A DNA stretch of 64,000 nt, from positions 1,504,001-1,568,000 of the forward strand of contig CBDCKW010000009.1 of assembly GCA_965218435.1 (NCBI GenBank), read 5' to 3'. The first letter of the stretch is position 1; every line of letters starts with the position of its first letter. The notes under the pieces are model-generated. The model was not told the DNA's origin. It saw only the letters and a program-made list of their open reading frames with translations, and did no database searches. The position numbers were made by a program, and so were the translations under genes. This DNA is from Truepera sp. (GTDB lineage: Bacteria > Deinococcota > Deinococci > Deinococcales > Trueperaceae). This document shows, piece after piece, positions 1 to 9,562 of the stretch.

Positions 1-2
1 GG

Positions 3-1424
3 TATAACAGCGACGAAGCCGTCTATGCGGGCCAAGCCGCCGCTATCGCCCAAGACCCGGTACTCAGCGAAATCTTCCCGGTGTTTCGGGCGCACCCCCT
101 GCTGTTTCAGTTTGTCTTGTCGCTTTTTTACAGTGTTTTCGGAACGAGCGACTGGCTGGGGCGGGCCGTCTCCGCAGCGGTAGGCGTCACTACGGTGTAT
201 CTGGTCTACTGTTTGGGCGTCAGCCTTTACGGTCGCCGCGCCGGACTCTACGCCGGACTCTTTTTGGCGCTGATGCCCTACCACGTGATCGTCACGCGGC
301 AGGTGCTGCTAGACGGGCCGATGGTCTTTTGCTCGACGCTCAGCCTATTTTTTATGGTTCGTTTTACGCAGACGCGGCGCGCGGAATGGTTGTACGCCGC
401 AGCTGCCGGGATGGGCCTGACTTTTTTAGCCAAAGAGACGAGCATCCTGATGGTCGGGGCGATCTACGCATTTTTGGCGCTTTCCCCTAAGCTTCCAGTA
501 CGGATTATCGACATCTTTATCTCACTCTTTACACTGGTCACGGTGATGGCCGCGTTTCCCCTGTCCGTCTCGCTGGCGGGAGGGGGCGGCGGCAAAACCC
601 AGCAGTATTTGGTGTGGCAGCTTTTTCGCCGCCCCAACCACCCCTGGGACTTTTATCCGAGCGTCGTGCCGCCGGCAGTCGGTATCTTGGTTATCGCCTC
701 CGCGCTGCTGGGCTTGTGGTTTTTACGCCGTGAGAACGGTTGGCGGGAAAAGCTGCTGGGGTTATGGATTTTGGTTCCGGTCGTGTTTTTCGAGCTGTGG
801 CCGACCAAAGGGTTTCAGTATCTGCTACCCGCTGCGCCGCCGCTGGCACTCTTGGCGGCGCGCACGCTGGCCTATCTGCCGAAGCGCCGCCTGCGTGTTC
901 GCCGCTGGCGTATACCGCAGTATCTGCCGGGGCTGTTAGGGGCCGGGGTGGTCGCCTCGAGCCTGTTTATCACCAGCTGGTCACGTATCGACCCCGCGCC
1001 GTCAACCACTTTTTTTGCCGGTTCAGGGGGCATCCCCGGCGGACGTGAAACCGGACTCTGGATTGACGCCCACGTGCCCCAGGGCGCGACCTTCGTCGCG
1101 ATCGGCCCCTCGATGGCCAATATTCTCAAGTTTTACGGGCACCGGCGGATGTTCGGCCTCTCGGTCAGCCCCAACCCACTGCACCGGAACCCGGCTTACG
1201 AACCCGTTTACAACCTCGACTATCAGATTCGCAGCGGCGAAGTTCAGTATCTGGTCTGGGATTCGTTTTCGGCCGGACGCACCAGCTTCTTTTCGGAAAC
1301 GCTCCTGCACTACGTGCAGAAATATCATGGCCGGGTTGTTCATCTCGAGGCAGTTCCTGTCCCTACACCCGACGGTTTAAGCAGCGACAAACCCATCATC
1401 ATTATCTACGAGGTGCGTCCGTGA
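3..1424 (+). CDS. GT-C fold glycosyltransferase (family 39 / ArnT / PMT-like), 5' end outside window
   Basis: Frame is open from base 3 (YNSDEAVYAGQA...HPLLF), giving the acidic DE motif of GT-C enzymes, followed by many TM helices and LAKE; the ORF-track start at 81 is internal. Confidence 0.85.
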   Translation, partial: YNSDEAVYAGQAAAIAQDPVLSEIFPVFRAHPLLFQFVLSLFYSVFGTSDWLGRAVSAAVGVTTVYLVYCLGVSLYGRRAGLYAGLFLALMPYHVIVTRQVLLDGPMVFCSTLSLFFMVRFTQTRRAEWLYAAAAGMGLTFLAKETSILMVGAIYAFLALSPKLPVRIIDIFISLFTLVTVMAAFPLSVSLAGGGGGKTQQYLVWQLFRRPNHPWDFYPSVVPPAVGILVIASALLGLWFLRRENGWREKLLGLWILVPVVFFELWPTKGFQYLLPAAPPLALLAARTLAYLPKRRLRVRRWRIPQYLPGLLGAGVVASSLFITSWSRIDPAPSTTFFAGSGGIPGGRETGLWIDAHVPQGATFVAIGPSMANILKFYGHRRMFGLSVSPNPLHRNPAYEPVYNLDYQIRSGEVQYLVWDSFSAGRTSFFSETLLHYVQKYHGRVVHLEAVPVPTPDGLSSDKPIIIIYEVRP

Positions 1425-2785
1425 ACAAAGCTTCTCTGGTGCTACGCCTAGTGCTGTGCAGCTTAATGTGCGGTGTAGCAGGTGCAAAGGCGGCTCCCCT
1501 GGTGGCCCCGAACCCCAACACCCCCATCAAACACCTGGTCGTGCTGATGCAGCAAAACCGCACCTTCGACCACTACTTCGGAACTTACCCCGGGGCCGAC
1601 GGGATACCGGGCGATGTTTGTCTGCCGTTTAGTATCACCAAACCCGAAGCGGACGCGTGCGTCAAACCGTATTACCTCGGCGACGGTCAATCGGCTGATT
1701 TAAGTCACACCTCGACGATCTTTTGGCGGCAGTTGAACGGCGGCGCAATGAACGGCTTTGTTCACGCGCTACGCTTGCGCAAACAAGACGGTGCGCTGGC
1801 CATGGGCCACTACGACGACCGCGAGCTCCCTTACTACTGGAACTTGGCCGACGAATTCGTGTTGTTCGACCGTTTTTTTAGCTCGGCTCACGCGGGCAGC
1901 CTCTGGAACCGCACCTTCTGGGTTGCCGGTCAAGCCTTGGGCGAGGAAAACCGGATTCCCAAAGCAGGCTTCGGCGACGTACCGACCATCTTCGACCGCT
2001 TGGAAGCCAAGGGCATCTCATGGAAGTTTTATATCAACAACTACAACCCGCAGCTCAACTACCGGATGCTAAAAAACAGTCCCTTTCTGCACCCGCAGGT
2101 TCAGTGGGTACCCCTGCTAAGCATGGACCGCTTTATCGACGATCCCAAGCTGTCGAGCCATATCGTCGATATGAGCGAATACTTCAAGGACTTAAATAAC
2201 GGCACTCTCCCCGCCGTATCGTACATGCTCGCGCTGGGCGCGACCGAACAACCCCCGGCACAGCCCGAACCCGGTCAGCGGTTTGTCCGTAAAACACTTC
2301 AGGCGCTGATCCAGAGTAAAGCGTGGCGCAGCTCCGCTTTTGTGCTCACCTACGACGACTGGGGCGGCTGGTACGACCATGTTTTACCACCCCAAGTCGA
2401 CGCCTATGGGTACGGTTTTAGAGTCCCGGCGCTCCTAGTCAGCCCTTACGCCAAACGGGGGTATATCGACAGCACCACCTTGGATTTCACCTCGATCTTA
2501 AAATTTATCGAGCAAAATTACGGCCTCGAGCCGCTCGCCACCCGGGACGCCCAAGCTAACAGTTTGGACAGCGCCTTTGACTTTACCCAAGCGCCCCGCG
2601 CCGCCGAGTTTTTCTCCTTTTTTAGAGCCGAAAGCAAAACGAGGCCGAAGCCGCGCATAGGGATGATCTACGCCACCTACGGTACAGGGATCGGCTTGGC
2701 GTTGGCCGTTTTTCTCTTTGCCGCCGTGCGCGCGCGTCCCGGCTCACGCCGTAACCTGCGCAACCGGTCGGTAGGCTTAAGATGA
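1421..2785 (+). CDS. Phosphoesterase family protein (phospholipase C / AcpA-like) with signal peptide and C-terminal TM anchor
   Basis: IKHLVVLMQQNRTFDHYFG, DRFFSS, TYDDWGGWYDHV, GFRVPALLVSPY; hydrophobic C-terminal segment followed by an Arg-rich tail; GTGA overlap with upstream gene. Confidence 0.85.
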   Translation: MNKASLVLRLVLCSLMCGVAGAKAAPLVAPNPNTPIKHLVVLMQQNRTFDHYFGTYPGADGIPGDVCLPFSITKPEADACVKPYYLGDGQSADLSHTSTIFWRQLNGGAMNGFVHALRLRKQDGALAMGHYDDRELPYYWNLADEFVLFDRFFSSAHAGSLWNRTFWVAGQALGEENRIPKAGFGDVPTIFDRLEAKGISWKFYINNYNPQLNYRMLKNSPFLHPQVQWVPLLSMDRFIDDPKLSSHIVDMSEYFKDLNNGTLPAVSYMLALGATEQPPAQPEPGQRFVRKTLQALIQSKAWRSSAFVLTYDDWGGWYDHVLPPQVDAYGYGFRVPALLVSPYAKRGYIDSTTLDFTSILKFIEQNYGLEPLATRDAQANSLDSAFDFTQAPRAAEFFSFFRAESKTRPKPRIGMIYATYGTGIGLALAVFLFAAVRARPGSRRNLRNRSVGLR

Positions 2786-4149
2786 GCGGCCGCACACGCT
2801 CCCGGCTGCTACGAGCGGCGTGCCTTTTAGCGTTCAGCTTACTGGCGCTGCCCAAACCAGCTGCAGCGCAAAGTTGGCTGCAGCAAGACACGGTGATTAC
2901 CTTTGCGCCGCTGGCAGCACAGCCGCTGGGTCGTTCGGTCGGCGTAACCTTAACCCTTACCGACACACAGGGAACCGCGCTCCCGTACCGGCAACTCGAG
3001 GTTTTCCTCGGCGCTGACCAAGCGAAGCGCACGCGCACGAACCGTGAGGGCGTCGCCAAAGTCCGGCTCGAGGCCGGTTTGTCCGCAGGCCGGTATACGC
3101 TTAGCGCCACCTTCGCCGGTTATGAAAACTACCTCAGCAGCGCGGCAACCACTACTCTCGTGGTCGCACCGGCAGTCCTGACGGTGCGCACGGTGCCGCC
3201 GCTGGCAGGGGTCAACTTTTTGCTGGGTGGGCGCGCGTTTAGCACTGCGGCGGACGGCAGCGGCCAGATCAGCGTAAGCGAGAGCGGGCGTTACCACTTA
3301 GAGGTACTACCCTGGCGTACCAAAGCTGCGCGGGCGACCTTTATCCGCTGGGACAACGGGATTTTTGAGGCCGGTCGCAGCGTAACACTCCCCCGAGACA
3401 GCCTGATAGGGGCGGGCTTTAACGTTGAACAGCTGGTTACACCGACCTTCGTCGACCTCGAGCAACACCCCGTTTCGGCGCGGCGGGTTTCAGCCGTGAC
3501 GTTTAAGAGCAGCTACGGTACAACCGAATCGTTTGGGGAACCGTCGGGCAGTGTCAAGCCCGTCTGGGTCCAAGCCAGCCAGGTCGTGCGCCGCCCGACC
3601 GGGCTCGAGGCCAAAAAGATCAGCTACGTCCTCGAGAGCGTGATGATCGACGGGTCTAACGTCGTCAACCGGGGCCAGCAACGTTTCTTGGTCAACCGCA
3701 AGGGGGCTTGGAAACTTAAGCTGCTCCTCTACGACGCCCGTTTCCGGGCGGTAGACGCACTCTTCGGGTTTCCGCTGGGGGCCGGCGTGACTTTAGAATA
3801 TCCCGACGGACACACCAAACTGTTGCGCTTCGGCGCAGCCGACACCGTTGCGACAGGCCCACTGGCCCGTGGCCTTTATAAAGTCCAGGTGGTCGGCGCA
3901 CACGGGATGGCCCCACTCACGCCCGTCGCCCTCTCGCGCGATCAGGCGGTAGAGCTGAAGGTTCTAAGCCGCCTCGATATGGGGGTAGGGCTGGGGCTCG
4001 GCCTTACCTTGGCACTGAGTTTGCTGCTCCTCGGTAGACCGCAGCTGATCGGGTTGAAACGCAAAACTGGACGTTCCGAATTTCCCGACCGGAGACGTGC
4101 GCCGCTTAGACCCGAGCACTCCCCCTCCAAATCCTCTGAATGGCGCTGA
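2782..4149 (+). CDS. Secreted beta-rich (Ig-like) protein with C-terminal membrane anchor, function unknown
   Basis: Signal peptide ending PAAAQ, Big-like segment (AGRYTLSATFAG), C-terminal TM plus basic tail; ATGA coupling. Confidence 0.7.
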   Translation: MSGRTRSRLLRAACLLAFSLLALPKPAAAQSWLQQDTVITFAPLAAQPLGRSVGVTLTLTDTQGTALPYRQLEVFLGADQAKRTRTNREGVAKVRLEAGLSAGRYTLSATFAGYENYLSSAATTTLVVAPAVLTVRTVPPLAGVNFLLGGRAFSTAADGSGQISVSESGRYHLEVLPWRTKAARATFIRWDNGIFEAGRSVTLPRDSLIGAGFNVEQLVTPTFVDLEQHPVSARRVSAVTFKSSYGTTESFGEPSGSVKPVWVQASQVVRRPTGLEAKKISYVLESVMIDGSNVVNRGQQRFLVNRKGAWKLKLLLYDARFRAVDALFGFPLGAGVTLEYPDGHTKLLRFGAADTVATGPLARGLYKVQVVGAHGMAPLTPVALSRDQAVELKVLSRLDMGVGLGLGLTLALSLLLLGRPQLIGLKRKTGRSEFPDRRRAPLRPEHSPSKSSEWR

Positions 4150-4150
4150 T

Positions 4151-5311
4151 GTGACGACGCCCCGCTACCTCACGCCTCAGCTCGGCATACGGCTCGGTTT
4201 TACCCCGGTCAGAGGGGCCGAAAGGAAGGTGCTTTGGTGTCTAATAACGATGCTATTTGTGGTGCAACCGGTGAGAGCCAGTACCTTGCCCACTGAAGAC
4301 GTTCGCAATCCCGTTCCCCTGATGGCGTACTACTATATCTGGTACAGCGAAACCTCGTGGGACCGCGCCAAAACCGACTATCCGGTGCTGGGGCGCTATA
4401 GTAGCGACGACCGGAGCGTGATGGAGCAGCACGTGCGTTGGGCTAAAGCGGCGGGTATCGGCGGCTTTATCGTAAGCTGGAAAAGCACCCCTATACTTAA
4501 CCGCCGTCTGGAGAGGCTGCTCGAGGTCGCCGCCGCGGACGACTTTGCGATCTGGATTATCTATCAAGGTCTCGACTTTTACCGCAGACCGCTCCCGCTC
4601 AACCGTGTGGCGCACGATTTAAGCTACTTCGCCAACCACTACGCCGCTCAGCCTGCACTACAGCTCTACGACCGGCCCGTCGTGATCTGGTCGGGTACTT
4701 GGAAGTTTAGTCCAGAAGACGTGGCCACAGTTACGAAACCTTACCGCGACCGGCTCTATCTGCTGGCCTCTGAACGCAATCTGCGGGGGTATCTGCGGCT
4801 CGCTAAATTGGTTGACGGCAACGCCTACTACTGGTCTTCGGTCAACCCCGATACCTATCCGGGCTACCAAGCCAAACTTGATGAACTGGGCAAAGCCGTC
4901 CATAACCACGGCGGGTTTTGGGTCGCTCCGGCAGCCCCCGGCTTTGACGCGCGCCTGATCGGGGGCACGACTGTGGTTAAACGCAAGGGGGGCGAGACCT
5001 TGCGGCGACAACTCAGCGCAGCGGTGCATTCTGCGCCCGACGCTATCGGGCTGATCAGCTGGAACGAATTCAGTGAAAACAGTCAGATCGAACCCAGCGA
5101 AACCTACGGCAGCCAAGCACTCGAGCTGCTCAGCAACCGAGAAAACGGCGGGATCGAGGCCGCTGAAGTTGACTCGAGCGATCCCGGAACGACCGACCCG
5201 CGCAACTTTTACGGGCTTTCCGTGGTGGGCGGGTTGGCTGTTTTTATCGTCGGCAGCGTCGTGCTGGCCGTAACGCGGCAGCTCGGCAAAGCAGCAGGGA
5301 GTAAGGTATGA
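4151..5311 (+). CDS. GH99/GH71-like glycoside hydrolase (endo-alpha-mannosidase-like) with C-terminal TM anchor
   Basis: YYYIWY, YPVLGRYSSDD, AGIGGFIVSW and ISWNEFSENSQIEP (GH99 NEWxEG-type catalytic region); start uncertain (4097/4151/4249). Confidence 0.75.
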   Translation: MTTPRYLTPQLGIRLGFTPVRGAERKVLWCLITMLFVVQPVRASTLPTEDVRNPVPLMAYYYIWYSETSWDRAKTDYPVLGRYSSDDRSVMEQHVRWAKAAGIGGFIVSWKSTPILNRRLERLLEVAAADDFAIWIIYQGLDFYRRPLPLNRVAHDLSYFANHYAAQPALQLYDRPVVIWSGTWKFSPEDVATVTKPYRDRLYLLASERNLRGYLRLAKLVDGNAYYWSSVNPDTYPGYQAKLDELGKAVHNHGGFWVAPAAPGFDARLIGGTTVVKRKGGETLRRQLSAAVHSAPDAIGLISWNEFSENSQIEPSETYGSQALELLSNRENGGIEAAEVDSSDPGTTDPRNFYGLSVVGGLAVFIVGSVVLAVTRQLGKAAGSKV

Positions 5312-7128
5312 GTCCTCACGCCAAGTTCTTTTGCAACAAAGTCTTTCGTATTGGTCACGTCTACTTGCTAAACGCAGTGGCGCTGGGATTACTTGTCTTA
5401 CTTTCAAGCTGTAATTCCAGCGGCGGCACGCCGAGCGGGATCATCTACAGCACTACCGCCGACAGCCGCGTCAGCGCAAGTACCGATGACGTTGAGGAAA
5501 CGGCGGATGGGAGCATCCTGCGCTCGAGCCCTGAGCTCAACTTGATCGAAGCTGATGTTAAGCTGGTCGGCCTCCGCTTTACGGGCGTCAATATACCCAG
5601 GGGCGCGGCCATCACCGACGCTTACGTCAGCTTTACCACAGCTGAAGCGTCGAGTGAAAACGCGTCTTTTAGCCTCCGGGGGGTCGCTAGAGACGACCCG
5701 CCGACCTTTATCAGCGCGCGCACCAACGTCTCGTCGCAACCGACAACGACCGCTGCGGTCACCTGGTCGCCCGCGCCGTGGTCGCTGCCCGAGGTATCGG
5801 GAGCTGAGCAGCAAACAGCAAATCTAGCCCCTATCATTCAGGAACTGGTCGACCGACCCGGCTGGTCGCGCGGCAACGCGCTGGCACTTGTTATCTCGGG
5901 CAGCGGAGCGCGGGTGGCCCGGTCGTTTGACGGCAGCCGCGCCAAAGCGCCGCTGCTGCACGTCAATTTTACGGCAGACGAGCGCGTCAGTATCGACACC
6001 TTTAGCGCCCAACCCGCTAAGGTTCAGCAAGGCCGTGAGGTGACCTTCTCGTGGTCTCTCAGCGCCGCAGGCGGCGCGGTACGCTGCACGCTGGACGCCG
6101 ACGGGGACGGTGTTTCTGACTACACCATTGCAGACTGTCTGAGCACCAAGACGCAGACCCACAGCTACCAGCTGGCCGGCTACTACCCGGCAACGCTCAC
6201 CGCAACAGCCGCCAGCGGCGCAACGGCGACCGCCACCGCCGAGACGAACGTGAGCACTCCGGCTTCGGTGACAATTGCTGCTGCGGGGGACATCGCGTGT
6301 GACCCGGCTTCCGAATACTTCAATCACGGGGAAGGCGTGGCCGACAGGTGCCACATGAAAGCGACCTCGGAGCTGCTGCTCGCCCTCCAACCAGACGCGG
6401 TCTTGACCTTAGGCGACAATCAGTACAACAGCGCCACGCTGAATAACCTGAGGCAATCCTACGACCCAACCTGGGGACGGCTCAAGGCGATCACGCACCC
6501 CGCTGCGGGGACGCACGAATACACCGCGAGCGAAGCGGACGAGGAGGACGGGACCGGGAACGGCGCAGGCTATTTCGCCTATTTCGGCGCGGCGGCGGGC
6601 GATCCGGCCAAGGGCTACTACAGTTTCGATTTGGGTGCGTGGCATATCGTCGTACTGAACGCCAACTGCTCGAGGGCGGGGGGTTGCGAGAAAGGTTCAC
6701 CCCAGGAGCAGTGGTTAAGAGCCGACCTCGCCGCCAGCCCCAAGCTGTGTACGCTGACGGTGATGCACTACCCGCGTTTCAGCTCGGGCAAGCACGGCAA
6801 CATCGTCAGAAATACCGACTTTTGGCAAGCCCTAGCCGATGCCGGCGCAGAGCTGGTGCTTTCCGGCAACGATCATGATTACGAGCGTTTTGCGCCGCAA
6901 ACCCCGAACGGCACACTCGACGCCGAACATGGAATCCGCCAGTTCGTCGTCGGCACCGGCGGCAAAGAGTTATACAGCTTCGGCACCTTGCAACCACACA
7001 GCGAGGCGAGAATCAGCAACGTTTACGGCGTTCTCAAACTAAATTTGCACCCGGAAAGTTACGACTGGGCGTTCGTACCGGAAGCGGGTCAAACCTCGAG
7101 TGATAAGGGGACGGGTCTATGCCACTAA
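5308..7128 (+). CDS. Lipoprotein: N-terminal beta module + PKD-like domain + calcineurin-like metallophosphoesterase with variant motifs
   Basis: Lipobox LSSC; AAGDIA, GDNQY, AGTHE, MHYP, SGNDHDYER, FVVGTGG. Confidence 0.85.
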   Translation: MSPHAKFFCNKVFRIGHVYLLNAVALGLLVLLSSCNSSGGTPSGIIYSTTADSRVSASTDDVEETADGSILRSSPELNLIEADVKLVGLRFTGVNIPRGAAITDAYVSFTTAEASSENASFSLRGVARDDPPTFISARTNVSSQPTTTAAVTWSPAPWSLPEVSGAEQQTANLAPIIQELVDRPGWSRGNALALVISGSGARVARSFDGSRAKAPLLHVNFTADERVSIDTFSAQPAKVQQGREVTFSWSLSAAGGAVRCTLDADGDGVSDYTIADCLSTKTQTHSYQLAGYYPATLTATAASGATATATAETNVSTPASVTIAAAGDIACDPASEYFNHGEGVADRCHMKATSELLLALQPDAVLTLGDNQYNSATLNNLRQSYDPTWGRLKAITHPAAGTHEYTASEADEEDGTGNGAGYFAYFGAAAGDPAKGYYSFDLGAWHIVVLNANCSRAGGCEKGSPQEQWLRADLAASPKLCTLTVMHYPRFSSGKHGNIVRNTDFWQALADAGAELVLSGNDHDYERFAPQTPNGTLDAEHGIRQFVVGTGGKELYSFGTLQPHSEARISNVYGVLKLNLHPESYDWAFVPEAGQTSSDKGTGLCH

Positions 7129-7197
7129 TCAGCCATTAAATATTGACGAGCCGTGCAAAAAAACTTTTGTATAAACCGGGGAGAAAGACAGCTACTT

Positions 7198-9513
7198 ATG
7201 TACAAATATCTGAGAGCAACCTTAGCACTGGGCAGCTCGCTGCTGCTTTTCGGTTGTAGCAGCCAGCTCCAATCTGGGCCACCTTTACCTTTGCTGGAAA
7301 CAGGAGTCAGCAACTACGTTCTAGACGTTCGGGTCGCCGCGAGCAGTGACGACGCCGAGGAGAGCGTTAACAGCGGTGGTGTGACCCGCTCGAGCACCAC
7401 GCTCGACCTGGTTCGCAGCAGCACAAATCAGACCGTCGGCTTGCGTTTCACTGGCCTCACCATCCCCGCCGGTGCAACGATCACGAACGCCTACGTCCAG
7501 TTTAAAGCCAATGCATCGACCTCGGAGGCGACCAGCTTGACGGTCCAAGGCCAGACAGCGGACAACTCACCGACCTTTAGCGGGTCTCTTTATAACGTCT
7601 CCGCGAGAGCTAAAACTACGGCTTCCGTGGCGTGGTCACCCGCCGCCTGGACCTCGGGAGCTGAGGAGGCGGCACAAAGAACGCCCAACCTCGCTCCCAT
7701 CCTCCAAGAAGTTGTAGGAAGGTCGGGTTGGTCGAGCGGCAACGCGCTGACGCTTATCGTGACCGGGTCGGGGCGACGAGCTGCTTTTTCCTATGATGGG
7801 AGCCAGGCCGCCGCACCGCTGCTCCACATAGAATATAGTGTCACCGACGGTGGCGGCACTACGACACCCACCGTAGAGGATAGAGTTTCAGCGAGCAGCG
7901 ACGACGCCGAGGAAAATGTTACGAACGGTGGTGTCACCCGCTCGAGCACCACGCTCGAGCTCGTCCGCAGCACTACAGATCAGACCGTCGGGCTGCGCTT
8001 CGCCGACTTAGCCCTGCCTCGAGGGGTCGCCATCACCAACGCTTACGTTCAGTTTACGGCGAGTAAAACAACCTCAGAGGCGACCTCTCTAACCATTCAG
8101 GGTCAGGCTGCGGACAATCCAACAAACTTTAGCGGGACTTCATACAACGTCTCTGCAAGAGCCAGAACCACGGCTTCGGTGGCGTGGTCACCCGCCGCCT
8201 GGACTTCAGGAGCTGCCGGTACGGTGCAGAGAACCCCAAACCTCACTCCCATCATCCAGGAGATCGTCAGCCGACCCGGTTGGCGGAGCGGCAACGCCCT
8301 TGCACTGATTATCACCGGCTCGGGGCAGCGGGTCGCCCGGTCTTACGACGGCGAGCAGGCCGCAGCACCGCTCCTTCACCTCGAGTACAGCGCGACGGAA
8401 ACCCCGCCCAGTGTAACCCGCTTTAGTGCAAGTCCGGGCACGGTCGTCAAGGGCGGACAGGCGCACTTTTCCTGGTTGGTCTCCGACCCTGATGGTGGTC
8501 CGCTGCGCTGCACGTTAGACGCCAACGGCGACGGTGTGGCCGACTACGCAATCAGCGACTGCCGCACCACCACCTCGCAGACGCATACCTATGCGGCAGC
8601 GGGGCGCTACTGGCCCACGCTGACAGTCAAGGATTCAACGAACGCCGTGGACACAGCTACTCTGAGCTTCCACGTGACTAACAGCACCTCCGTAACGGTC
8701 GCGGCTGCCGGTGACATCGCCTGCGATCCGCTTGAATTAGGTTACAAAGGTGGTGTAGGTACAGCTACTAGATGCCATATGAACGCTACCTCGAGTCTTG
8801 TCCGCAATATAAACCCTGAAGCCGTCTTTACCTTGGGCGACCAGCAGTACTCCGATGGGACGCTGGAAAAATTTATGCAGGTCTACGACCAAACCTGGGG
8901 ACAGTTTAAGGGCATCACCTACCCCGCAGTCGGTACGCACGACACCTCTGGGGGCTACTTCGCCTACTTCGGTGCGGCTGCCGGAAACCCTTCAAAGGGC
9001 TATTACAGCTACGACCTCGGTGCTTGGCATGTCGTCGTCCTTAACACCAGCTGTTCGCGCGCCGGGGGCTGCGGCAGCGGCTCACCACAGGAGCGGTGGC
9101 TAAAAGCCGACCTCGCGGCCAACCCCAAAACGTGTACGCTGGCAGTGATGCACTACCCACGGTTTAGCTCGGGGAAAAACGGCAGCATCACCTCGGGTAT
9201 CCCGTTCTGGCGCGATCTTTACGACGCGGGCATCGAGTTCGTGCTGTCCGGCAACGACCATCACTACGAACGCTTTGCGCCGCAAACGCCGGACGGCGCG
9301 CTCGACACCGAACATGGAATCCGCCAGTTCGTCGTCGGCACGGGAGGCAAGGAGTCTTACGCCCTCAATACGCCTCTACCCAACAGCGAAATAAGGATTG
9401 CCAACACATTCGGTGCCCTGAAACTCAATCTTCAACCGACCAGCTACACCTGGCAGTTTGTCCCCGAAGCGGGCAAAACGGCCTCCGACAGCGGGAGCAG
9501 CACGTGTCACTAG
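7198..9513 (+). CDS. Lipoprotein: two tandem beta modules + PKD-like domain + metallophosphoesterase with variant motifs
   Basis: ATG at 7198 after a GGAGA RBS-like sequence; lipobox LFGC; AAGDIA, GDQQY, VGTHD, MHYP, SGNDHHYER. Confidence 0.85.
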   Translation: MYKYLRATLALGSSLLLFGCSSQLQSGPPLPLLETGVSNYVLDVRVAASSDDAEESVNSGGVTRSSTTLDLVRSSTNQTVGLRFTGLTIPAGATITNAYVQFKANASTSEATSLTVQGQTADNSPTFSGSLYNVSARAKTTASVAWSPAAWTSGAEEAAQRTPNLAPILQEVVGRSGWSSGNALTLIVTGSGRRAAFSYDGSQAAAPLLHIEYSVTDGGGTTTPTVEDRVSASSDDAEENVTNGGVTRSSTTLELVRSTTDQTVGLRFADLALPRGVAITNAYVQFTASKTTSEATSLTIQGQAADNPTNFSGTSYNVSARARTTASVAWSPAAWTSGAAGTVQRTPNLTPIIQEIVSRPGWRSGNALALIITGSGQRVARSYDGEQAAAPLLHLEYSATETPPSVTRFSASPGTVVKGGQAHFSWLVSDPDGGPLRCTLDANGDGVADYAISDCRTTTSQTHTYAAAGRYWPTLTVKDSTNAVDTATLSFHVTNSTSVTVAAAGDIACDPLELGYKGGVGTATRCHMNATSSLVRNINPEAVFTLGDQQYSDGTLEKFMQVYDQTWGQFKGITYPAVGTHDTSGGYFAYFGAAAGNPSKGYYSYDLGAWHVVVLNTSCSRAGGCGSGSPQERWLKADLAANPKTCTLAVMHYPRFSSGKNGSITSGIPFWRDLYDAGIEFVLSGNDHHYERFAPQTPDGALDTEHGIRQFVVGTGGKESYALNTPLPNSEIRIANTFGALKLNLQPTSYTWQFVPEAGKTASDSGSSTCH
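7324..8389 (+). repeat. Intragenic tandem duplication of a ~170-aa module (approx. 7324-7836 and 7879-8389); a third copy lies at approx. 5461-5970
   Basis: Both copies read RV(A/S)ASSDDAEE...QTVGLRF...ITNAYVQF...VAWSPAAW...QRTPNL...GW.SGNAL...SYDG.QAAAPLLH.EY. Confidence 0.9.
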
Positions 9514-9562
9514 CTACCCCTGACCGGCTTAATTTCATCCGCTAACTCAGGAGACCTTAACC

